Origin: an uncultured Candidatus Saccharibacteria bacterium
GTDB taxonomy: Bacteria; Patescibacteriota; Minisyncoccia; Minisyncoccales; Staskawiczbacteraceae
Direction: 5' to 3'
DNA: 34,773 bases
Assembly (NCBI GenBank): GCA_964526025.1
Contig: CAZGLJ010000001.1
Coordinates: 1-34,773 of the forward strand
Below, piece by piece: positions 16,103 to 22,512 of the stretch. The position numbers and the translations under genes were made by a program. Numbering within the stretch: the first letter of the stretch is position 1; each line of letters begins with the position of its first letter. The notes beneath the pieces were generated by a model. That model worked only from the letters and a program-made list of their open reading frames with translations, was not told the origin of the DNA and did no database searches.

Positions 16103-16372
16103 ATGTTTATGGCAACAATAAAGAAAAAAATCTGGCCAGAGTATTTTGAACTTGTGTCTTCGGGCAAAAAGAAGTTCGAATTACGCTTGGCAGATTTTGA
16201 TGTTAATGAAGGCGACTTCCTAATTTTGGAGGAGTGGGATCCTAAGTCCAAAGAATACACCGGCAGGACAATTGAGAAAAAGGTAAGTTTCCTGCTAAAA
16301 TTTAAGCTCGATGACTTCGGCCAAGAGCAAGAAATTAAAGAAAAGGGTTTATTTGTAATTCAACTGGATTAG
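16103..16372 (+). CDS. DUF3850 / ASCH-like (PUA-fold) small protein
   Basis: KIWPEYFELVSSGKKKFELRLADFDVNEGDFLILEEWD...YTGR matches the DUF3850 pattern (PEYFE..SGKK.FE.R..D.....GD.L.L.E). Confidence 0.7.
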   Translation: MFMATIKKKIWPEYFELVSSGKKKFELRLADFDVNEGDFLILEEWDPKSKEYTGRTIEKKVSFLLKFKLDDFGQEQEIKEKGLFVIQLD

Positions 16373-16408
16373 ATCTGAATTTAAGATTAAACATCGTTTT
16401 TAATAATT

Positions 16409-16468
16409 TACCGGGAACTTTCCTTCCAGCATATCCACGGCTGCGTCCAGCTCGTAGGATTTCCAGCC
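16409..16468 (-). repeat. Copy 1 of a 60-nt direct repeat; on the minus strand it encodes GWKSYELDAAVDMLEGKFPV plus a nearby stop (orphan gene 3' end)
   Basis: Ungapped alignment with 17283-17342 shows 54/60 identical nt. All 6 differences are synonymous in the minus-strand frame. That frame is closed 4 codons upstream by TAA. Confidence 0.85.
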
Positions 16469-16470
16469 AA

Positions 16471-16498
16471 TTGCTAAAACTTAAAAATCTGTTAGTAT
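16471..16498 (+). promoter_or_regulatory. Possible promoter of the orphan sigma gene (TTGCTA-16 nt-TAGTAT)
   Basis: Hexamers at 16471-16476 and 16493-16498. Strong SD AAGGAGA 6 nt before the ATG at 16540. Confidence 0.3.
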
Positions 16499-16539
16499 GC
16501 AGATACATGTTTTAGTGTACATTAACAAGGAGAACCACA

Positions 16540-17238
16540 ATGCCACACAAGACAGAAAAGCGAAACAAGAAGGTAAGAACCCTCGTCCAGCTTTATCTTG
16601 ACGGCGTTGGAGAAACGCCGTTATTGAGTTTTGACGAGGAAGTGGAACTTGCAAAAAGAATTGAGGATGGCGATAGCGAAGCGCGACAATACCTCATCAA
16701 AGCAAATCTTCGCCTGGTAGTCTCAATCGCAAAAAGGTATGTCGGCAAGTCATTGAACCTCACGCTGTTAGGCTTAATTCAAGAAGGAAATCTGGGGCTT
16801 ATCCGTGCAGTTGAAAGGTTTGATTGGCGGATGGGCAACCGATTTGCTACATACGCAACCTCTTGTATCGAAGGCACAATTAAGCGGGCTTTATTCTGCG
16901 ACAGGCGTGGTGCAATCGCTGATTTTTCTCTGGACGACCAAATCGGCGACGAAGATAGCGATAATATGCATGGATTCATCGGAGACGAGAAGGCCACTTG
17001 TCCCAGCGCTCAGGCAAATAAGACTTCGTTGCAAGTAATTTTTGACGAAGTCCTCTCTGAACTGGAAAAGAAAGAGCAACAAATAATAAGACTGGCCTTT
17101 GGGTTGTCGGACGGAGTTGCTCACAGTGACAAAGAGATTGCCGAGAAACTCGAAACTAAAAAGGAAAGAGTCCGCCAAATCAGAGAGAAAGCATTGAGGC
17201 GACTCAAAAATCATCAACGGCTAATAAAGCTGAAATAA
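16540..17238 (+). CDS. Sigma-70-family paralog, 232 aa: regions 1.2, 2.1-2.2 and 4 are RpoD-like; region 2.3 is degenerate; regions 2.4 to 3.1 are absent
   Basis: I aligned it by eye to the rpoD in this window. [53 protein letters not shown] aligns with [53 protein letters not shown]. After that [11 protein letters not shown] replaces [20 protein letters not shown] and about 70 aa of region 3 are missing. Region 4 ([16 protein letters not shown]) is intact. Confidence 0.8.
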   Translation: MPHKTEKRNKKVRTLVQLYLDGVGETPLLSFDEEVELAKRIEDGDSEARQYLIKANLRLVVSIAKRYVGKSLNLTLLGLIQEGNLGLIRAVERFDWRMGNRFATYATSCIEGTIKRALFCDRRGAIADFSLDDQIGDEDSDNMHGFIGDEKATCPSAQANKTSLQVIFDEVLSELEKKEQQIIRLAFGLSDGVAHSDKEIAEKLETKKERVRQIREKALRRLKNHQRLIKLK

Positions 17239-17248
17239 CTTCGGCTAA

Positions 17249-17272
17249 CCTACACAATTTGTGTGGGTTTTT
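17249..17272 (+). terminator. Terminator after the sigma paralog
   Basis: cctacac-aattt-gtgtggg (one G:U pair) followed by ttttt. Confidence 0.55.
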
Positions 17273-17282
17273 ATTTGCAGTC

Positions 17283-17342
17283 AACGGGAAACTTTCCTTC
17301 CAGCATATCCACGGCGGCGTCCAATTCGTAGGATTTCCAGCC
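17283..17342 (-). repeat. Copy 2 of the 60-nt direct repeat (orphan gene 3' end; about 38 codons stay open upstream)
   Basis: The minus strand reads ...WLRAARELRTVILSGWKSYELDAAVDMLEGKFPVDCK*. There is no start codon. Confidence 0.85.
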
Positions 17343-17450
17343 GCTCAAGATTACGGTTCGAAGTTCACGCGCCGCTCGGAGCCATTAAAAACCGCCTAAA
17401 AGGCGATTTTTTGGTATAATAAAAGAGTAATTATTTATCCCAATAAATTT

Positions 17451-17969
17451 ATGAACAAAATAATTTTAATCGTCGTTATTATCCCGATTGTCTTAGCCGC
17501 TATATTTATGTGGCAGAATGAAGATATTTTAAAATTGGCAAACAGCTACTTAAATAATAACAACACAGATAACAACACAACAATATCAAAAAACAAAATT
17601 TTAAATTTAAGCAATCAAGGGCTAAAAAGTATTCCTTCTTATGTTTTTAATCAAACAAGCTTAGAAGAACTTAACGTTTCTAATAATTATCTGACTGGAG
17701 CTATTCAGGCGGAAATAAGACATTTAAGTAATTTAAAAATCCTAAATGCTAGTAATAATTTAATGACTGGGGTGCCAGCCGAGATTGGCCAGCTGCAAAA
17801 TTTAGAAATTCTTGACTTATCAAATAATCAACTTACTGGTCTGCCCAATGAATTAGGGAATCTTAAAAAATTAAAGATTTTTAATTTATCTGGCAATCAA
17901 TATTCCCAGCAAGACCTTGATTATATCAGGAATAAACTTCCTTCAACCGTAAATATAATTATAAATTAG
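17451..17969 (+). CDS. Membrane-anchored leucine-rich-repeat (LRR) protein
   Basis: N-terminal TM helix IILIVVIIPIVLAAIFMW, an N/T-rich linker, then about five 23-24-aa LRRs (L..L..L.LS.N.LTG.P.EIG.L). Confidence 0.8.
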   Translation: MNKIILIVVIIPIVLAAIFMWQNEDILKLANSYLNNNNTDNNTTISKNKILNLSNQGLKSIPSYVFNQTSLEELNVSNNYLTGAIQAEIRHLSNLKILNASNNLMTGVPAEIGQLQNLEILDLSNNQLTGLPNELGNLKKLKIFNLSGNQYSQQDLDYIRNKLPSTVNIIIN

Positions 17970-17985
17970 AATATCTTTTTTTTGC

Positions 17986-18014
17986 TTGACACGGGTCAGA
18001 TTAAATGTTATCAT
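17986..18014 (+). promoter_or_regulatory. Promoter of the cold-shock gene (TTGACA-17 nt-TATCAT), giving a ~70-nt leader
   Basis: -35 at 17986-17991 and -10 at 18009-18014. Long 5' UTRs are typical of csp genes. Confidence 0.4.
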
Positions 18015-18084
18015 TATAATACTTGTAAGAGACGGGGTCGGGTTTCTATTAAAAATTAAAGACAAGGTAAAAATAATCAAAAAA

Positions 18085-18285
18085 ATGACAGGAACTATCA
18101 AGACGCTTATGGAAAAAGGATTTGGGTTTATTGCTCGCGAGGGCGAAACAAAGGATCTTTTTTTCCATTCCAACGATTTGAATGGCGTATCATTCACTGA
18201 CCTTAAAGTTGGTGATAATGTTACTTTTGATGTAGTCGAGGGCGAGAAAGGCCCGAGCGCAAAAAACGTAACACGCGCAGAATAA
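18085..18285 (+). CDS. Cold-shock protein (CspA family)
   Basis: MTGTIKTLMEKGFGFIAREGETKDLFFHSNDL... with RNP1 KGFGFI and an RNP2-like LFFH. The ORF-track start at 17986 is an upstream in-frame artefact. Confidence 0.9.
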   Translation: MTGTIKTLMEKGFGFIAREGETKDLFFHSNDLNGVSFTDLKVGDNVTFDVVEGEKGPSAKNVTRAE

Positions 18286-18294
18286 TCGAAAAAT

Positions 18295-18331
18295 CAAAAA
18301 ACCATCCCGCTAAGCGGGATGGTTTTTTTTT
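18295..18331 (+). terminator. Rho-independent terminator of csp
   Basis: aaaaaa-accatcccgc-taa-gcgggatggt-ttttttttt. Confidence 0.85.
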
Positions 18332-18369
18332 GCGCTTGATTTTTTATGGTAATTGTTGTATCATAAATT

Positions 18370-18627
18370 ATGGCCATGATTAACAAAGAACAATTTTTAT
18401 TAGAGCATAACAAACTTTCTCCGCCAAACCTGCAAGCCACTTTAAGTTTGCTTACGCGATTCAAAGAAGAAAAAAGGCCTCTTTTAAAAGATGACGGCTG
18501 GTCTGTAGACAAACTTAGAATCCCGCTTATCTCGTGGCTTATTGCCTTGCCATTAGTAGGAAAAAGGAAAGGCAAAAAAACAGGAGGAAAACAAACATTT
18601 AAAAATTATCCCGAAACAAAATCTTAA
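18370..18627 (+). CDS. Hypothetical 85-aa protein
   Basis: ORF bracketed by two terminators. One hydrophobic segment (LISWLIALPLV) and a basic tail. No family recognised, and coding status is uncertain. Confidence 0.35.
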   Translation: MAMINKEQFLLEHNKLSPPNLQATLSLLTRFKEEKRPLLKDDGWSVDKLRIPLISWLIALPLVGKRKGKKTGGKQTFKNYPETKS

Positions 18628-18644
18628 TCCCTTAATCTTAAAAT

Positions 18645-18675
18645 TAAAAAAGTCCCGCTTAGCGGGACTTTTTTA
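18645..18675. terminator. Bidirectional terminator between convergent genes
   Basis: aaaaaa-gtcccgc-tta-gcgggac-tttttt. Confidence 0.8.
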
Positions 18676-18692
18676 ATTTTAAGATTTCATTT

Positions 18693-20339
18693 TTATCTCA
18701 AACTATAAAGCGCTTTGGCTATTACATAAAGCACTGAACCTAAAAATGATTCTGGGTTTAAAAATGAACTTGGCGGAGGCGGCGGAGGAGGATTTTCGCT
18801 TGGAGCCGGTTCTTGAGTCGGCTGCTCTTGTGGCAACTGTTGCGGTTGAAGCTGGAATTGCTCTTGAAACTGCTGGGATTGTTCTTGGAGCTGGCGCTGA
18901 TACTCTTGCTCATATTGTTGCTGGAACTGTTCTTGAAATTGTTGGTTTTCAGGCGGAGGAGGAGCAGATTGGCAGTTTTCACCTTCGCATGGCTGGCTTT
19001 GAGAAGGGCTTTGCTGTAAATTCTGGCAATCTTGAGGATTGGATTCGCAATATGCTCTACACTCATCGGGCCCCTTGCAGCCTCCTGGACCGGATTGTTC
19101 AGGCATCATTTGGTCACCTGGGTTTATAGCTCCAGGTCCTGGCTGGAAATTTTGATTCTCTTGGCCAGGCGGAGGACCCATTTTTTGAAAACATTCCTGC
19201 ATTTTATCGCCAATATCTCTTGGGGGCATAACGCCGCTCTTCATTTTTTCAACCATATCTGCTCCCACTTTTTCTTGAAGGCAATCTATTACTTCTTGGG
19301 GCGCTTGCTGCAACGATTGCTGTAATTGCTGCTTGCCCTGTTCCATTCTTTGCAAATCTTCTTCTGGTATCAACCCATGTTCTTTGGCAAAATTAAAACA
19401 GGTTTCCTGATTGTCTGGATTGTTGCAAAATGCTTCGCATTCTTCTTTGCCCTTGCAATCGCCGGGGCCCTTGCCGCCTGTTTTACGAACCATTAACGCA
19501 TCTTCTTCTGACATAAAGCCGGCGGCTACGGCAAAATTCATGCATTCTGCAAGGTGTTCTTCCTGTCCGCAATAAACATCGCAATCTTCTCTTCCTTTGC
19601 AAGGAGGCGGTTTTATTCCTTTTCTCAGCGCTTCTAACATTTTTTGAGAATCAGCCTTTTCCTCCTCTGACATAAACCCGGCTTCCATAGCAAAATTCAT
19701 ACAAACTTCCATATTGTCAGGACTTGAGCAGTATTCATCGCAAGCTTCTCTGCCTCGGCACGGAGGCGGTTTTACGCCTCTTTTAACAGCTTCCAGCATT
19801 TTTTGGGCATCTTCTGCCTCTTTGCCCTGAATAAAACCAGCTTCAATGCCAAAGGCAATGCATTCTTCCATGTGCTCAGGGGTTTCGCAATAAACATCGC
19901 AGGCCCTTTTGTTGCCGCAGGCAGGCGGATTGACGCCCCTTCTAATAGCTGACTGAACTTTTTTAGCTTCTTGGAGCTCTTCTGGCGGTATTAAATCATT
20001 CTTTTCAGCAAAAGAAATACACTCATCAATATTGCCCATATCGTTGCAGTATGTTTCGCAAGCATCTTTACCCTCGCAATTACCAGGTCCCTTGCCGCCT
20101 GCAGACAAAAATTTTCTCGCCATATCTATCTCCTCATCAGACATAAGATTATTTTCCTGGGCAAAATCCAAACAGGCGCTTAGGTTATCTGGCTTGTCGC
20201 AATAAGACCTGCAGTCTGCTTCATCTTTGCAATTGCCCAATTCTGCAACAGGGTATTGAATATCGTCAGCTCCTATAGCAGCTGAACCAATTATTAAAAA
20301 GCCTAAAAGAATACAAATAACAAAATATTTTGTTTTCAT
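18693..20339 (-). CDS. Secreted repeat protein: six full ~50-aa C-x5-C-x3-C-x8-C modules plus a seventh module with shorter last-Cys spacing (x6), then a Q/E-rich and poly-Pro tail
   Basis: Signal peptide MKTKYFVICILLGFLIIGSAAIGA. Example modules: CKDEADCRSYCDKPDNLSAC, CEGKDACETYCNDMGNIDEC, CGNKRACDVYCETPEHMEEC, CRGREACDEYCSSPDNMEVC, CKGREDCDVYCGQEEHLAEC, CKGKEECEAFCNNPDNQETC. Each is followed by an acidic helix (F/LA.E.G(F/L)...EE). The tail reads QQFQEQFQQQYEQEYQRQLQEQSQQFQEQFQ...PPPPPPP. Confidence 0.75.
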   Translation of the reverse strand: MKTKYFVICILLGFLIIGSAAIGADDIQYPVAELGNCKDEADCRSYCDKPDNLSACLDFAQENNLMSDEEIDMARKFLSAGGKGPGNCEGKDACETYCNDMGNIDECISFAEKNDLIPPEELQEAKKVQSAIRRGVNPPACGNKRACDVYCETPEHMEECIAFGIEAGFIQGKEAEDAQKMLEAVKRGVKPPPCRGREACDEYCSSPDNMEVCMNFAMEAGFMSEEEKADSQKMLEALRKGIKPPPCKGREDCDVYCGQEEHLAECMNFAVAAGFMSEEDALMVRKTGGKGPGDCKGKEECEAFCNNPDNQETCFNFAKEHGLIPEEDLQRMEQGKQQLQQSLQQAPQEVIDCLQEKVGADMVEKMKSGVMPPRDIGDKMQECFQKMGPPPGQENQNFQPGPGAINPGDQMMPEQSGPGGCKGPDECRAYCESNPQDCQNLQQSPSQSQPCEGENCQSAPPPPENQQFQEQFQQQYEQEYQRQLQEQSQQFQEQFQLQPQQLPQEQPTQEPAPSENPPPPPPPSSFLNPESFLGSVLYVIAKALYSLR

Positions 20340-20343
20340 AGTT

Positions 20344-20598
20344 TTAAAATGGGTTAGTTTTAATGTCTTTAAAAGGATTGGCTTTGTCAGCTGGGTTGAT
20401 ATCCGGCTTATCCTCTAATGGGTTTGTTTGCAAAGACGGCAGAACGCCCCTTGTTGCGCTGTTAGTTATATCTTCGGCTGTATTTTCTAAAGCGTTCCAT
20501 GATTTAGATTTTTTAAAATATAAATATCCTCCTATAACTAAAATAATCAATAGGACAGCCGCAAGCGACGATATTATTATAATTGTTTTTTTATCCAT
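20344..20598 (-). CDS. Small single-pass membrane protein (84 aa)
   Basis: N-terminal TM helix IIIISSLAAVLLIILVIGGYLYF and a C-terminal NP(F/L)-containing tail. Its stop codon is 4 nt upstream of the start of the Cys-module gene, so they are probably co-transcribed. Confidence 0.5.
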   Translation of the reverse strand: MDKKTIIIISSLAAVLLIILVIGGYLYFKKSKSWNALENTAEDITNSATRGVLPSLQTNPLEDKPDINPADKANPFKDIKTNPF

Positions 20599-20698
20599 AG
20601 CTTATTCTTTTTTAATATTTTTGCGATTATTATATATTAACAAATATCGGACAAGGTTTCGTATAGCGCGCAGTGGATAACTTAAAAAAAACAATGGG

Positions 20699-21061
20699 CT
20701 ATTTCAGCCCCATTTTTTCTTTTACTCTGGCAACAATATCGTCAATATGCAGTTCGGATTTTATAAGATAGTCAAACTCTTTATTGTTTTTATCTCCGTT
20801 TTCAACGTTAGTCAAAAACATAATGGGAGCTTGTATTTTCAATTCCCTTATTTTTTTTGCCACTGCCTGGCCATCTAATCTCGGCAACAAGATATCTGAA
20901 ATAATTAAATCCGGCTTTTCCTTCTCGGCTGCAGAAACGCCGCTTTCTCCGTCCTCGGCTATTATAACAGAAAATCCTTCAGAGCTAAAAACTTTTTCTA
21001 AAATTGAAAGGAAATTTTTATCGTCCTCTATTATTAATATTTTTTTGTTAGTCTTTTGCAT
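20699..21061 (-). CDS. Stand-alone response-regulator receiver domain (CheY-like)
   Basis: KILIIEDD, phospho-acceptor context PDLIISDILLPRLDG, and MFLT. No output domain, and no histidine kinase in the window. Confidence 0.85.
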   Translation of the reverse strand: MQKTNKKILIIEDDKNFLSILEKVFSSEGFSVIIAEDGESGVSAAEKEKPDLIISDILLPRLDGQAVAKKIRELKIQAPIMFLTNVENGDKNNKEFDYLIKSELHIDDIVARVKEKMGLK

Positions 21062-21114
21062 AAAATAATCCTACTACTTTCTTTCTAAAAAATCAACGAA
21101 GCTCAATCAATTGA

Positions 21115-21420
21115 CTAAAACGGGCTTTGATATTCTTTTTCTAGAGATTCTTGAAGCTTCCTCTCTCTTTGCTCCCACTGCTCCAAAACTTCTTGATAGA
21201 CATCTTCTTTAAATTGAAAAGAATGGTTAACGATTTCAGGCTCTTTTCTTTCGGCTAAAAATACATATCTATAGAACAAAAATCCGCCGAAAAATAATTC
21301 TAATAAAACAATAATTAAAATCGCTAAAAAGGCATGCGCGCCTAAAACCCAAAATATTTTTTTTGTTTTATCAACCTTTAAAACTATATATGTTAATAGT
21401 TTATGAAAATCTAATCTCAT
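21115..21420 (-). CDS. Small membrane protein, last gene of the pilus assembly operon
   Basis: ATGA overlap with the upstream pilO-like gene (21417-21420). One TM helix, then a charged C-terminal helix. Confidence 0.5.
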   Translation of the reverse strand: MRLDFHKLLTYIVLKVDKTKKIFWVLGAHAFLAILIIVLLELFFGGFLFYRYVFLAERKEPEIVNHSFQFKEDVYQEVLEQWEQRERKLQESLEKEYQSPF

Positions 21421-21962
21421 AATGGTTTAGCCAAAATTTTTATTAAAAAGGCAGCTGCCACCTTTCCGGTTTGTTTTTTAGAAGCTTTCTCGTCTTTATA
21501 ATTTTCGATATTCAAATTCTGTATTTCAACTAGATAAGGGCCCGCTTCCAATTCTCTTGCAAATAATAATATTTTCGAAAAATCTCCAGAAGAAAATAGC
21601 TGGAGCACAACAAAAGAAAAAGGCTCTTCTTTCAAAAACGACGGGGTTGAGATTTCTAAGCTAATTCCAAGTTCAGAGGCTGATTTTTCTAAATATTCAA
21701 TAAATTTAACTGGATTTTGCGGATCAATAAATAAATTATCTATTTTTTCTAAATCGAACTGATGGCTTTCATACCTTTTTTTAAAATTCTCTACTTTATT
21801 AAATTCTTTTTCTAAAAGAAAGGCGCTATTTTTTTGAGAAATTAACTCTTGGGATTTTTGTTGAATTTCTTTGAATGGAGAGTAAACAAAAATCAAAAAC
21901 AAAAACAGAGCTATTAAAGAGCCGCCTAAGATGATTATATAAATTTCTTTCTTAGTTTCCAT
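21417..21962 (-). CDS. pilO: PilO-like type IV pilus assembly protein
   Basis: Bitopic: N-terminal TM, coiled-coil, then a ferredoxin-like C-terminal part. It sits directly after pilN, and the assignment rests on position and architecture. Confidence 0.55.
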   Translation of the reverse strand: METKKEIYIIILGGSLIALFLFLIFVYSPFKEIQQKSQELISQKNSAFLLEKEFNKVENFKKRYESHQFDLEKIDNLFIDPQNPVKFIEYLEKSASELGISLEISTPSFLKEEPFSFVVLQLFSSGDFSKILLFARELEAGPYLVEIQNLNIENYKDEKASKKQTGKVAAAFLIKILAKPL

Positions 21963-22509
21963 TTTTAGGAAATTCTAAATTAAGACTAAAATTAGTATTT
22001 GCAGGGCTTATCCAGCTGTTGGGAGAAAAAGAAATATTTTTAAATCCCGGCTCTTGCTGCAAGTTTTTTTGGAATAAAAGAAGATTCTCCCTTGTGTCGC
22101 TGATGCCAGAAATAACGACCTTAATATTATCTTCAAGCGTTTTTCCGTCCAGGGAAATCTTAGTAAAATACAATCCTTCAGGCCTTCCTACTGCAGAAAT
22201 AATGCCTAAAATATCGCTAAAATATAAGTCTTTTTTATAAAAAGACAATATGTGGGGCAATATCACATTATATTTTTGGATGGCATCTTTAAAGCCGGCG
22301 AGGCCAGGAGATTGATATTTCTTTTCAGCTTCTTGAAAAAGAAATTTTTGGTAACTGAAATCCGACAGAATATAAAATTTTATTGATAACAAAATAAGAG
22401 ACAGACATACCAAAGAAATTATAACTATGCATCCTAATACTGCAACCAGATTTTTAACCTGTTCTGAATATAAGACCTCTTTTTCTTTTGGCGGTAAAAG
22501 ATTAATCAT
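21952..22509 (-). CDS. pilN: PilN-like type IV pilus assembly protein
   Basis: N-terminal MINLLPPKEK motif (INLLP) followed by a TM helix. Directly follows pilM. Confidence 0.7.
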   Translation of the reverse strand: MINLLPPKEKEVLYSEQVKNLVAVLGCIVIISLVCLSLILLSIKFYILSDFSYQKFLFQEAEKKYQSPGLAGFKDAIQKYNVILPHILSFYKKDLYFSDILGIISAVGRPEGLYFTKISLDGKTLEDNIKVVISGISDTRENLLLFQKNLQQEPGFKNISFSPNSWISPANTNFSLNLEFPKNGN

Positions 22510-22512
22510 TAA

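Noticed and set aside
12400-17300. Using G+C content alone to call horizontal transfer
   Set aside because: Hand counts show that conserved native genes (atpA) and the surface-protein genes also reach roughly 47-58% GC in places. GC is therefore only supportive, and the SD-usage contrast and the flanking gene remnants carry the argument.
17354-17361. ggttcgaa, identical to the T-arm of tRNA-Asn, as a possible distal att site of an island
   Set aside because: The match is only 8 nt and diverges immediately on both sides. About one such match is expected by chance in 2 x 35 kb.
17986-18084. N-terminal 33-codon extension of the cold-shock ORF
   Set aside because: Csp proteins are about 66 aa and begin just before the KGFGFI motif. 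The extension overlaps the predicted promoter and 5' UTR.
18294-18575. 93-aa minus-strand ORF overlapping the csp terminator and the 85-aa plus-strand ORF
   Set aside because: It starts inside a terminator hairpin and lies antisense to the alternative ORF, with no motif support. Neither ORF is strong, and the plus-strand one fits the terminator bracketing better.
18301-18669. The two terminators flanking the 85-aa ORF share the core tcccgc-loop-gcggga, suggesting a duplicated element
   Set aside because: The shared part is a 6-bp palindromic stem, so only the 3-nt loops (taa versus tta) are informative. Several other terminators in the window (10681, 29870) use similar CCCGC/GCGGG stems, so this looks like a general terminator style.
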